Shown piece after piece: positions 51,200 through 63,160 of a DNA stretch of 64,000 bases. The notes beneath the pieces were generated by a model. The model did no database searches, had not been told where the DNA came from, and saw nothing but the letters and a program-made list of their open reading frames with translations. Position numbers and translations under genes: made by a program. Origin of the DNA: Octopus bimaculoides (taxonomy: Eukaryota). Each line of letters starts with the position of its first letter. Position 1 is the stretch's first letter. The DNA is taken from contig NC_068985.1 in the NCBI RefSeq assembly GCF_001194135.2, positions 44,207,697-44,271,696 of the forward strand, given 5' to 3'.

Positions 51200-51954
51200 A
51201 AAGAAAGAAATTGAGAAAGTTTTCTGAAAAAGAAGAGATCTTGTGACTGAAGTAATTCCACTGGAACAGGAAGTAGTTTAATGGGTTGCAGATTGTTTCC
51301 AATAAATTGACATGATACTAATTACAACCTGCAACGTTTGTTGCTGCTTAGTCCCGGGTTAACCTTAGTCAAGCAGACCTTTGATTAAAAACGACCCAAT
51401 CATGACCTCATACATTATATACCTAAAACTACATTATCCACTGTGTTGTTCTATTTTTAAGACAATACGCTGTGATTTGAAGGAAAGTTGACTATTACTT
51501 TTAGCAAGTTGAGTGGCCATGAAAAGGTTGTTTTGACTCAAAGTAGATTGTTGTTGTTGAGATGGTGTGGTTAAGTAGAATCTGAGTAAACTATACAGTG
51601 GTCTGGAATTGGTAAGCTAAAGGCAAATACATGAACTTATTATGGGGCTCTGTGCATGGCAGGGCCCTGCTATTAGAATGATAAGATGGAAAAGGAATAA
51701 GATGAGAATGAAGGGACAAAAGAATTAGGACGTGTGTATATCAACTGTTATATATAGTTTCATACTCTTAAAAGAAAAAAGTATTTTATATACTCAGATA
51801 ATATGTGTATTCTGCTACTAGTTCCAAGGAGATTAAAGTAATCAAAGCATATATTTTATAACTCTTATATATTCATAATAAAATCAAGATATTTATTTGC
51901 CAATGTGTTATTTTCAACACTTAAACAGTTTCAGTTAAATCTTGTAGAGTTTGT

Positions 51955-52420
51955 GTAACATCTATCATGTCTATGCACCTTGAAGTTGATCTTGAAGCTC
52001 CTCCATCATTGTCCAGGATCTGGTTCCATAGAAAAGAATGTTCTCTACACTTGCCCTAAAGAAGGCAAACCTTGTTGACTTACAAATACATGACTGCCAG
52101 CTGTTTTAAAGCTTGTTACATGTACTGTAATTCTTTGCCTGTAAGGAAGTTTCTCTTACTATCAGCAATGTAGGACCCAAGCTATTTGAAGTCATTAACC
52201 TCCTTAAGTCATTTACCACTGTTGGAACTAATTAGTAAGCAGTTTCCATTCTCATTGATAGTCATGTATTCAGTCTTCTTTGCATCGAGAAACAGATTGA
52301 ATATAGACTGATATTAGCTGCAGCATTCTCCAGTCTTGTGCATCACTTGAGGTAGGCTTTGCTGGCCAGTTCTATTGTGCTGAACAACAGCCCAAATTGG
52401 ATGCTGTGCTTTGGAGACTT
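51955..52420 (-). pseudogene. RTE reverse-transcriptase fragment
   Basis: Frameshifted translation: FLDAKKTEYMTINENG..LKEVNDFK*LGSYIADSKRNF..FFRASVENILFYGTRSWT. Confidence 0.8.
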
Positions 52421-53884
52421 ACAAAGTCTAATAGAAGATGATGATGACTCATTTACATTGATATTATTGTCAGAAATGCACAACAAAGAATCTACAAAAG
52501 CTAATAGTGGACAGAGAATCATGGTGAAAGCATTGTGAGGTGTACCTTGGTTGTGACTACTTGAAGATGATGGTTGTTTCTTTGAGGAATTTATATGCTT
52601 AACCTTTTGAAGTATTGAGTACTATACTTTTAGTTTGTGGATACTCTTGTTCTTATGAATAATATTGTGTATGTATGTATGTGTGTGCTTATGTGTGTGT
52701 AGATATATATATATATATATATAGATGCAAATATATGCACACACCACTTACACAGATACATGCAGTCTTCACATGTGCATGCACAAAAGCACTCATGCAT
52801 GCACATATGCTCAAATACACACATGCACGCGTGCATGCACACACATATACACACACAGTGGTTTAAACAGCAGCATATTTATTTTTATATTATTTTGTGT
52901 GTGAATGGGCATGCATACATACTTTCACACACACACACATGTGCATTTGTTTGTGCATATATATATATATATATATATATAAGATATCATATACACATTC
53001 AAAAGTTAACTGGTTTTTTTTATATTGTTTATATTTTATGATAGATAACACACAAACACATGCATGCACACAACATAGAGTGACAAGACCTGTTATTCTG
53101 ACTGAATGCTCCATGTACTTTTGCCATGTTCACACCTGATGATCAAAAAGTGTTTCAAACATAGAACACTTCCTTTAATGTTCTTCAACAAACTATTTTA
53201 TATTCTTTTCAAGTGTTTTTTTTTTCTATTCCTTCTCCATCCACCCCTCCTCCTTTTAAAATAAATTTTATTTTAAGCCATATTTGAAATATAAATCAGA
53301 TGTGATTGTATTCTTATATGAACACAGTAACAATAATAAAAACAAAAATGAAATGAAAATATCAATAATTCAATACCATTGAACTTTGGAATTAATTTCA
53401 ATTCTTTTGGCTCTTCCACCAAATTTTTGTTTTGGTGTGTTTATTTTTGACAGTGTAAGTGGCAGGCCTAACTCATCATCTGCTAAAACACAACCTAACT
53501 GGTCCTTGTTGTTGTTGTTGTTTAGGCTGTCAGTTTTGATTCAGCAGACCTGTGATCAAAAGCATTCCATTATATGACCATCACAGCTTTTTCCTATGTA
53601 CAGGAAGTCCAAAACTACTACTACTACATTATTCAATGCCTTTTTCTAAGACAGTGAGTGGTATGTGATTTGAGGGAGATTTGGTTGTTACTTTAAGCAA
53701 GTCAAGCAATCATGTAAGGTATCTCTCGTTAGCTTCTTACTTGGTCTTAGCAGACCTCGGTGGAGTTCATTCTGTTGTAAGTATTCAGACAAAAACATCT
53801 TTGTCCATCCATTTCACTCATATTTATAGAGGTCATCCTTGTGGTCAGCAAGGAAGTTGAATCTGTAGAAATGTTTACCAAGTT

Positions 53885-54351
53885 CAAATGGTTTCAAATT
53901 TTGCCAATAAGGGCAGCACTTTTGGAGGAGGGGTTAAGTTGATTATGATGATCTCAGTGTTCAACTGGTGCTTATTTTATCGATCCCCCCCCCCCCAAAA
54001 AAAAAGGATGATAGGTAAAATCGATCTCAATGGAATTTGAACTCAGAACATAGCGGCAGATGAAATACCACTAAGTATTTCACCCGGCGTGTTAACGATT
54101 CTGTCAGCTCGCTGCCTTTATTATTATTATTATTATTATTATTATAAAGGCAGTGAGCTGGCAGAATTATTATCATGCTGGTTGAAATGCTTAGTGGCAT
54201 TTCATCCATCTTCATGTTCTAAGTTCAAATTCCGCTGAGGTTGACTTTGCCTTTCATCCTTTCAGGGTCGATAAAATAAGTACCAGCTGAGCACTGGGGG
54301 TTGATGTAATCGACTTATCCCCTCCCCCAAATTTCAGACCTTGTAGAAAGG

Positions 54352-54398
<47 letters not shown>

Positions 54399-54625
54399 GG
54401 CAGCAAGCTGGCAGAACTGTTAGCACACCAGGCAAAAATGCTTAGCAGCATTTCGTCAGTCCATAATTTCTGAGTTCAAATTCTGTCAATGTTGACTTTG
54501 CCTTTCATCCTTTTGAGGTCGATAAATTAAATACCAGAAATACCAGTTGTGTACTGGGGATCAATCTAATCACTGGCCCCCTCCCCCAAGATTTCAGGCT
54601 TTGTGCCGATAGTAGAAAGGATTAT
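53885..54625. mobile_element. Three OR-type SINEs with (TTA)n spacers (first on -, next two on +)
   Basis: Heads ctcgctgccttta / aaggcagtgagctggcag face each other across (TTA)n at ~54118-54145. The third copy follows (ATT)n at ~54353-54396. Confidence 0.8.
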
Positions 54626-54679
54626 TATTATTATTATTACATTATTATTATTATTATTATTACATTAATCATCATCATC

Positions 54680-55381
54680 ATCTACAGCAATAAAGGCCAC
54701 ACCAGTAATAATGAATAAGAATTTGAAAGAGAAAAAGAATTACAAGGAAAAGAAAAAGAAAAAGAAGTGAAGAGTGAGGGGGAAGTAATAGAGAAGAGGT
54801 TGGAGAAGGACAGAAAGAAAGAAGAAAATAGAAGGATGGGAAAGCAGAACATGAGGAAGAAGAAAAGAAATAGCTGAGGAAATGGAAGAGTAAGAGTAAC
54901 AAAGAAAGGAAAAATAGGGAAAAGCAGAAGAGGAGGAGGTAGATGAAGAGAGAAGGAGAAATGGAGGTAGAAATTATGAATCTTAGAAGAAATAGAAGAG
55001 GAAGGTAACAATATGGATGACAATGAAGAACACTGGTGGTGGTGGCAGTGATGGTGGTGGTGGTGATGGTGATAGTAGTAATAAAAGTGGTGGTGGTGAT
55101 AGTGACAATGGTGGCAGTAGTAGTGGTGGTAGTTTTAATAATAGTTGTAGTAATGGTGGTGAGGGCAATGGTAGTGGTAGTAGTAGTGGCGGGGAAATGA
55201 TGGTAGTAGTAGTAGTAGTAGTGGTGGTGGTGGTAGTTTTAGTGATAGTAGTGGTAGTAGTTTTAGTAGTAGTAGTCGAGTAGTGGTGGTTGCAATAGTA
55301 TGGTGGTAGATTTTGTAGCAGCAGTAGTGGTGTTAGCGATAGTAGTGGTTGTAGATTTTCTAGTAAAGGTGGGGGTAGTAA

Positions 55382-55428
<47 letters not shown>

Positions 55429-55480
55429 TTGATAATAGTAACTGTGTTATTGATGGTGGTAGCAATGATGACGATGATTC
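54680..55480. repeat. Purine-rich, (GGT)n and (TAG)n low-complexity tract
   Basis: Simple-sequence composition; its ORFs are homopolymeric peptides. Confidence 0.9.
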
Positions 55481-56494
55481 TGATGGAGAGCAAGAAATAA
55501 GGAAGTCAATAAACTAGGTAAATCCAGCAAAAGTAAAATAGAAAACAAAAACTCAAAAAAAAAAAAAATCAAAGGAACAACAACAACAACAGCAACAACA
55601 AAAAAGAAGTAAAAATTGAAACAAAACAATTTCAATGAATCATGAGTCATTGTTGGTTTCTCAGGAACCTTTTACTTCCGTATCAATCAGCATCCCCATC
55701 TCTGCCCGCCTCCCCACGACTATATATGGCATCTGACTCATCCAGAGAAAGCAATGAAATGGAAAACAACAAAAATAAACAGAAATCCATTAGTCAAGCC
55801 TGAAAATGTGTAAGGATCTCTCTCTGCTGTTTCTTTTACGATCATCAAGTGGTGTTCAACAGAATGGACACGACAGCATTTGTCTGATGCTTCGTTCCAA
55901 ATCCATTTTTCTGTCCCGTCACTTTCACTTTCGTTATCATTGTGGTGCTTTTTAAGCTTTCAAAATTGACTCACTTTCTTCTAAAGTCTTAATGGTTGGT
56001 CACTGGTTTTTATGTTATTTACACACAGGCTCACTGATTGATAAAAGCTAGTAATTTACTGCCATGCGAAATGTGGTGTGTTCTAATGTATATTATTTAT
56101 TTACCAAGCAGCTGATTGCCCATCAATCATTTGTTCTATCTTGGAACTGATGAAGACAAATTTTTATGTCCTCAGGTGTACGACATTGATTTGTGTTTTT
56201 TTGGTGGATTAACTCCTGCAGTTGTTAATCGAGCGAAGGAGCCGTTACGAACACAGACTGTCTTACTTTTAAGGGGCATCCAGTTTTAAAATACACTAAG
56301 AACCCAAGGAAGCATCAAGTATAAAATGAGAAAAAAAACCCAAAAAAAACATACATAAAAACAAAACAAAAGTGTAAAGAATAAGCAAACAAACAAGTAG
56401 TGAAGATTCACTTTGATTTTGTACTTATGGCTTTCTGGTCAGTAAGGCAAATGACCACTTGGGCGTGAATTTGAACCTTTCTATAATTTTCTTT

Positions 56495-57230
56495 CTACGT
56501 GGTAAGAAGCTTGATTCTCAACCACATGGCTCTGAGTTCAGTCCCGCTGCATAGCACCTTGGGCAAGTGTCTTCTACTATAGCCTTGGGCCAATCAAAGC
56601 CTTGTGAGTGGATTTGGTAGATGTGTGTGTGTGTTAGTGTCTGTCCAAACATCACCACTTGAGAACCGGTGTTGTCCCTGTAAATTAGTGGTTCTCTCTT
56701 TTACTCTTTTACTTACTTCAGTCATTTGACTGTGGCCATGCTGGAGTACCGCCTTTAGTCGAGCAAGTCGACCCCAGGACTTACTCTTTGTAAGCCTAGT
56801 ACTTATTCTATTTGTCTCTTTTGCCGAACTGCTAAGTTACAGGGATGTAAACACACCAGCATCGGTTGTCAAGCAATGTTTGGGGGACAAACACAGACAC
56901 ACAAACATATACACACACATACATATATATATACATATATACAACAGGCTTCTTTCAGTTTCCATCTGCCAAATCCACTCACAAGGCTTTGGTCGGCCCG
57001 AGGCTATAGTAGAAGACACTTGCCCAAGGTGCCACGCAGTGGGACTGAACCGGGAACCATGTGGTTGGTAAGCAAGCTACTTACCACACAGCCATTCCTA
57101 CACCAAAAGATATCGATAGAATAAGTACTAGGCATAAAAAAATAAGTCCTGGTGTAGATTTGTTCAACTAAAACCCTTCAAGGTAGTGCTCCAGCATGGC
57201 TGGAGTAAAATGACTTTAACAAGCATGAAG
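56495..57230. mobile_element. OK-type SINE (+) with a younger full-length OK SINE (-, 56696-57095) inserted inside it
   Basis: The outer head and body stop at gtggttc and resume at aaaagatatcgatagaataagtac. The insert is a complete reverse-oriented copy. Confidence 0.8.
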
Positions 57231-57295
57231 GTACAAGGCCTGAAATTTTGGGAAGGGAGCTAGTTTATTACATCAACCCCAATACTTGAATGGTA

Positions 57296-58414
57296 CAGTA
57301 GTAATACCCCACTTTATGAGGACCCACTTTACGAGACCCCAGGTTTACGACTTATTTTGCAAGCACAAGGTCCAAATTTTGAATGAAGTGCAAAAGTTTC
57401 TATCATAACAAATGCTTCTGCATGTTACCGAAAAATTTATAGAGAGTGAAAAAAAGCTTCTTCTAAGCAAACAATTCTAGACTTCATCATCATCTTCATC
57501 ATTTAGTGTCCGTTGTCCATGTTGGCATGGGTTGGACGGTTTGATTGGGCTGGTATGCTGGAGGGCTGTACCAGGATCCAGTCTGATTGGGCATGGTTTT
57601 CTACAGCTGGATGCCCTTCCTAATATCAAACACTCCAAGAATGTAATGGTGCTTTTATGTGCCACCAGCACAAGCGCCATTTGTGTGACACCGGTATCTG
57701 CAATGACTGCGATTTTGCTCAGTTTGATGGGTCTTCTCAAGCACAAAATAATGCCAAAAGTCTTGGTCATTGCCTCTGTGAGGTTCAAAGTTTGAAGGTC
57801 ATGCTTCACTACCTCATCCCATGTCTTCCTCTACCACAGGTCCCCTCCACAGTCAGAGATTGGCACTTCTTTGCACAACTGTCCTCGTCCATATGCATCA
57901 CATGACCATACCAGCACAGTTGTCTCTCTTTCATACCACATTTGAATCCTCTTATGCCTAACTTTGCTCTTAAGATACTTACACTCTGTTGAACATGCAC
58001 ACTGACATTGAACATCCAGCAAAGCAAATGTCAGTGTCTAGACTTGTTTTTCAAAAAGATCTACAAGTCTGTCTCTGAGTGCTTGTGAATCAGCGATCGA
58101 AACTACTACCGAGATGGTGTGCATGAGTCTAGTGCGAGTGAAAGTGATTCAGAAAACGATTATAATAATAATATCTTTTATTATAAACGATCTTGACAAT
58201 CTTTTTACTTTACATAAAATATGCTTTACATTCTACTGTTGTTTTATTGCCATTTGTTTATGAGTATTATAAATTTCACAGGTAAAATATTTTTCTAGGA
58301 TTGAATTATGATTTATAACATTGCTACTATGGGAAATCATTGCTCTGCTTTATGAGTTTTCACTTTATGAGCGGTCTCCACAAACAAATTAACCTGTATA
58401 TCGAGACATTACTG
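57296..58414 (+). mobile_element. pogo/Tigger-like DNA transposon relic inside an OR-type SINE
   Basis: TA-CAGTA...TACTG-TA ends, subterminal (a/g)ctttatgag/actttacgag repeats, and the C-terminal relic YRKIYRE*KKASSKQTILDF. Confidence 0.65.
57481..58021 (-). mobile_element. RTE LINE fragment nested in the Tigger-like element
   Basis: Encodes KLGIRGFKCGMKERQLCWYGHVMHMDEDSCAKKCQSLTVEGTCGRGR, followed by the 3' UTR and (GAT)n. Confidence 0.88.
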
Positions 58415-59749
58415 TATTTGTTCTTATTGACCCCAAAAGAATGACAGGCAAAGTCAACCTCAGAATGGAAGAAATGCCACTAAGCATTTGATCTGGCATG
58501 ACATAAAACAAACATTGTGCTGTCCCTTTAGGCCAGACATATTAATCCGATTGACACAGTTTGTTTAGTTAATAAAATTTTGATCATATTTCAGAAGAAA
58601 ACATGCTGTAGAGCGAGACTGAACCCAGAACTACAGAGTTTCAAATAGAACTTCTTACCCACACAGCCCCACCTGCACCACTTAGGAGCATATTGTAAGC
58701 TGTTAAGTGGTGCAGGTAGGACTGCTCTGGTACTGTCAAAGTGTAGGGCAATAATTTAAGGCTTTCTTTTTATTGCTCATTGTGGGGTTCTTGTACGCTA
58801 GGTGAATTGAATATGATAAATGTTGTTTTGAAGTAAAAAAACAACATATGAACGGAAAAGATTAAAGTCAGCTGTAAATTTAGAAATGAAATATTGTGTC
58901 TGTATTGTTTGATGCAGTGTCCTAGAAGAGCAATATAGCAGAAATGATAATATATGGAGGAGAATGGATGAATGCATTGAAGTGTTCTGAATTTAATCAA
59001 AGAAAATCTGGAGAAATAGAGTTTCAGAATTTCTAAAGTACAAAAGAAATCAGAGAACTAAGTAGTTTCCAAATTCTAGATACAAGGAAAGAAAAATAAC
59101 TCTTTTCACTGCTATAGTTATAGTATGGCTTCTGCTGTATTGTTGATATATAATTTAAACTGTTTGAGGTATATTTATTCTTTCATGGAGTGCGTTTTTG
59201 TGGTGCAGTGTGGCTGAGTGGGAAGAAGCTTGCTTTCCAACCATATAGTTGCAGGTTAAGTGCCACTGCATGGCACCATGGGCAAATGTTGTCTATTATG
59301 GCCCTGGATTGAACTAAATCCTAGTGAGTGGATTTGGTAAACAGAAACTGAAAGCAGCTCATTGAATATATACATATTACCATCATCAGTTAATGTCTGT
59401 TTTCTAAGCTGGCATGGGTTGGACATATATCTATATGTATGTGAGTGTGGGTGCATGTTTTTGTGTTTATGTTTCTCCCCCCCACCAATGCTTAACCACT
59501 AGTTTGTTGATATTCTCACTTTGGCTTTGACAAAAGGGACTAATAAAATAAGTAGCAGGCTTAAAAAATGCACTAAAACCCTTCAGGGAGGTGCCTCGGC
59601 ATTGCGACAGTCCCATGATGAAAACAAGTTGAACATAAAAGATATGCTTCAAATACTAGTAACTGAGTGGAAGCCTCTATGAGGTCAATTGGTATGCAAG
59701 AAACAGGAGCCAAATCTCCCTCAAATAGAACCCTGTTGTCTTAATAATA

Positions 59750-60240
59750 ATAATAATGGTGGTTTCAAATTATGGCACAAGGTCAGTAATTTCAGGAGAG
59801 GAGATTAGTCGATTACATTGACCCTAGTGCACAGCTGGTACTTATTTTCTGACCCCAAAAGAATGAAAGGCAAAGTCAACCTTGACAGAATTTGAACTCA
59901 GAATGTAACGACGGATGAAGCTGCTAAGCATTTTGCCCGACATGCAAACAATTCACCCAGCTTGTCCCCTTAATAATAGTACTAATACTAATACTAATAA
60001 TAATAATAATAACGGTTTCAAATTTTGGCAAAAGACCACCAATCTTGGTGGGGTGGGGGGAAAGAAAGGTCAATTACATCGATTCCTGTACTCAACTGGT
60101 ACTTATTTTATTGACCTTGAGAGGATGAAAAGCAAAATCAACCTCAGCAGAAATTGAATTCAGAACGCAAAAATGGATGAAATGCCACTAAGCATTTTGC
60201 CCGGCCTGCTAACGATTCTGCCAGATCACTGCCCTAAATA
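59750..60240 (-). mobile_element. Two OR-type SINEs separated by (AAT)n
   Basis: Reverse-complement consensus occurs twice. Confidence 0.75.
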
Positions 60241-61425
60241 AAAATAATAATTATTCTTAAAAATCATGTTTACCTGTAAAAGTAAGCTTAATATCTCGAT
60301 ATGGTATTCGATCCTAACTACTTTGAATGGCTTGATATGAACATTTTTCATGGAAGCTTTCAATTTAGATTAGTTTAAAACATGAATTTGTATCATAGAA
60401 CCGGAGCCAGTTTTAAGCAGATTGGTATCTAAAAGATTAAAACACCAGTCCATGACAGTAGACTGGTGGAATTATTAGAGGATTGGACAAAATGTGTTAC
60501 AGTATTTGTCCAAGTTCTTTACATTCTGGTACCCAGGTAGAAGTGAAGGATGTTGGAAGCTTCTTACCTTTCACTTGCTTCAGTCTTTGGACTACAGCCA
60601 TGCTGGGGCACTGCCTTAAAGAATTTAATTGAATAAATCATCCCCTAAACTTACTCTTTAAAGTCTGGTACTTATTCTGTTGGACTCTTTTGCTGTGTAC
60701 TGCCAAATTTGATCCCAGGACATGGCATCTTGGGCAAGTATCTCCTACCAATATTTTGTGAGTAGAATTTTGGAGACAACATCTATGTGGCAGAGTGTTG
60801 CATATATACTTTTTTTGTGTTTGTGTCCTCATTTTTATATCTATGTTTTTGTTTAGTCTCCCCAAAAAGTCTTATTATATCCTTTTATGTCCTGCAATTT
60901 AGCACCTTCCCAAATAGAGACCAATAAAATAAGTACCAGACTGAGATAAGTAGTGGGGTTGATATGGTCAACTAATACGCCTGCATGGCCACAGTCCAAT
61001 GACTGCAACCAGTAAAAGAATAATCAGAATTGAGACACCATCCATTTAGCATGCCGAAAATTGGTGTTATTACATTGTAATGATCACTGTGAGAAATTCT
61101 GATGTAATCATGAAGAGCAGAGATGATCTACATTTTCAAACTAGAGATCATTACAACAATAAAATTGTAATTGGGGAAGAGGAATGAAAAGTATGGTAAA
61201 TGTTCTTGAAGTGGAGACAGTATCTGAATAGAGAAACAGCATGTCTTTTGGTGGAGTCAATAGAAGTTTTGGAACAAAAGAAACGAAGACTGATAAAAGA
61301 AGAAAATTAACAGCATCAAGAAGATAAGTATAAGGAGAAGAGGAAATGTAATTAACATTATTGCACTCCAGACAGTTATCAATAATTTTAATAGCATTTT
61401 AGGTAATGTGTATATGTGAGTACGG

Positions 61426-61908
61426 TATAGTGCTTTGAAGATGTATATATGTGCATGAATGTGGAATAGTGTTCTAGACATTGTTTTTGTGTGTGTGTAA
61501 TAGTCTTGGATATATGTGTGTGAGTGTGTGGAATAGTGCTCTGGACATATCTGTGTGAGTGTGATGTGGTGTGGTGTGTGTGTGTGTATGTGTGTATGTG
61601 CATGCGGTGTGTGTGTGTGTAACAGTGCTCTGGATATATCTATATCTGTGTGTGTGTAGAATAGTGCTCTGGACATATGTGTGTGAGTGTGGTAATGTGT
61701 ATGTGGGTGTGGTGTGTGTGTGTGGTGTGTGTGGTGTGTGTGGTTGTGAGTGTGTGAGTGTGTGTGGTGTGTGTGTGTGTGTGTGGTGTGTAATAGTGCA
61801 TTAGACATATCTATATGTGTGTGAGTGTGTAGAATAGTGTTCTGGACAAATCTATATGTGTGTGGGTGTGTGTGTGTATGTGCATAGAACAGTGCTCTGG
61901 ACATATCT
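61426..61908. repeat. Minisatellite with a conserved ~20-bp core and variable GT-rich spacers
   Basis: gaatagtgctctggacatat-like core occurs ~9 times (e.g. 61531, 61659, 61832, 61887). Confidence 0.85.
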
Positions 61909-62649
61909 ACGTACATATATGATGATGATGATGATGATGGCATGTGTGTGTGTATGTGTGTGTGCATAGGTGAAAATCGAATTGAAGTTTATCACTTGAA
62001 TAAAGCTGAATGCTACAAAATGCGTTACATTAATAATAGATGTAAGTTCCTTGAAAAGCTTATTGTCCAATATAGCGAAATATGTTATATTGTTACATTT
62101 TCTAGTAAATATCAATAAAGAGAGCACTTAACTGATTAAACTAATCACCATAGCAACAGACTCAAACATACTCACACTCTTTCTCACGCACACACACGTT
62201 CAAATTATTAGACAGTCATTGATTTGTGCTTACAATTACATACACATACAAAGTGATATATGAGTGCAATATTGCATATACTATTGTGAGCACAAGAATG
62301 GTTTCAGTTGTTATACACATGCATCCATGCAGTATCACACATATACACACAAGGGTGATGTGTAAATAGTTAATCATAGATGTATACACAACATGTAGTC
62401 ATATGCATATACACACTGATATTTCAAAATAAATAACAATACAGACCAATAGGACCCATGAAAATTCTACATTTTATAAATTCTGATATTTCTGTTTTCA
62501 ATGCCAAAATTAATAGATTTTCATAACATTGATTCATTATGATAAGAATCATGATTATATCTTTAATTCTGTTCTGTAGTTGTTTAAAGTGTTGTTTAAA
62601 GTGTAACATGCAAATGTACAAACATAGAAATAAATACAATAACTCATGG

Positions 62650-62860
62650 TCAATGCCAGTGCTGCCTGACTGGCTCCCATGCCAGTGTCACGTAAAAAGC
62701 ACCCACTACACCCTTGGAGTGGTTGGCATTAGGAAAGGCATCCAGCTGTAGAAACCTTGCCAAATCAGATTGGAGCCTGGTGCAGCCTACTGGCTTGCCA
62801 GTCCTCAGTCAAATCATCCAACTCATGCCAGCATGGAAAACAGGCATATGATGATGATGT
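62650..62860 (+). mobile_element. RTE LINE 3' end
   Basis: Consensus tail plus (GAT)n. Confidence 0.85.
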
Positions 62861-62874
62861 GTATACATATTTGA

Positions 62875-63160
62875 AAGCACATTGGACTAGTGGTGAGGGT
62901 GTTGCACTGACAACCATAAAGTTGTGGTCTTAATTTTTAGACTAGGCGATGTGTTGTGTTCTTGAGCAAAACGCTTCATTTGATGTTGCTCCAGTTCACT
63001 CAGCTGTAAATGATTTCCAACAATAGTTGGGATGTTAACCCTATGATGGACTGGCATCCTGTTCAAAGAACAATCTTGTAAACTTGGTCACTTACATGCA
63101 ATGGGAACTGGATTAAGCTTCAGCCTGACGAATACGAGGGATCAGGACAGATTGAAGCCT
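62875..63160 (+). mobile_element. Diverged tRNA-head CORE-type SINE with an aaccctatgatggactggcatcc domain
   Basis: Head and CORE as at 2742; the central motif is related to 51080-51110. Confidence 0.65.

Noticed and set aside
56147-56176. CTGATGA-A-GACA...TGTC stem
   Set aside because: No GAAA after the stem and no helix III.
58671-58717. Perfect 14-bp inverted repeat
   Set aside because: One arm is the 5' end of an OK SINE; probably a small insertion-associated inverted duplication.
61426-61908. CRISPR-like repeat/spacer pattern
   Set aside because: Spacers are low-complexity GT tracts of very unequal length.
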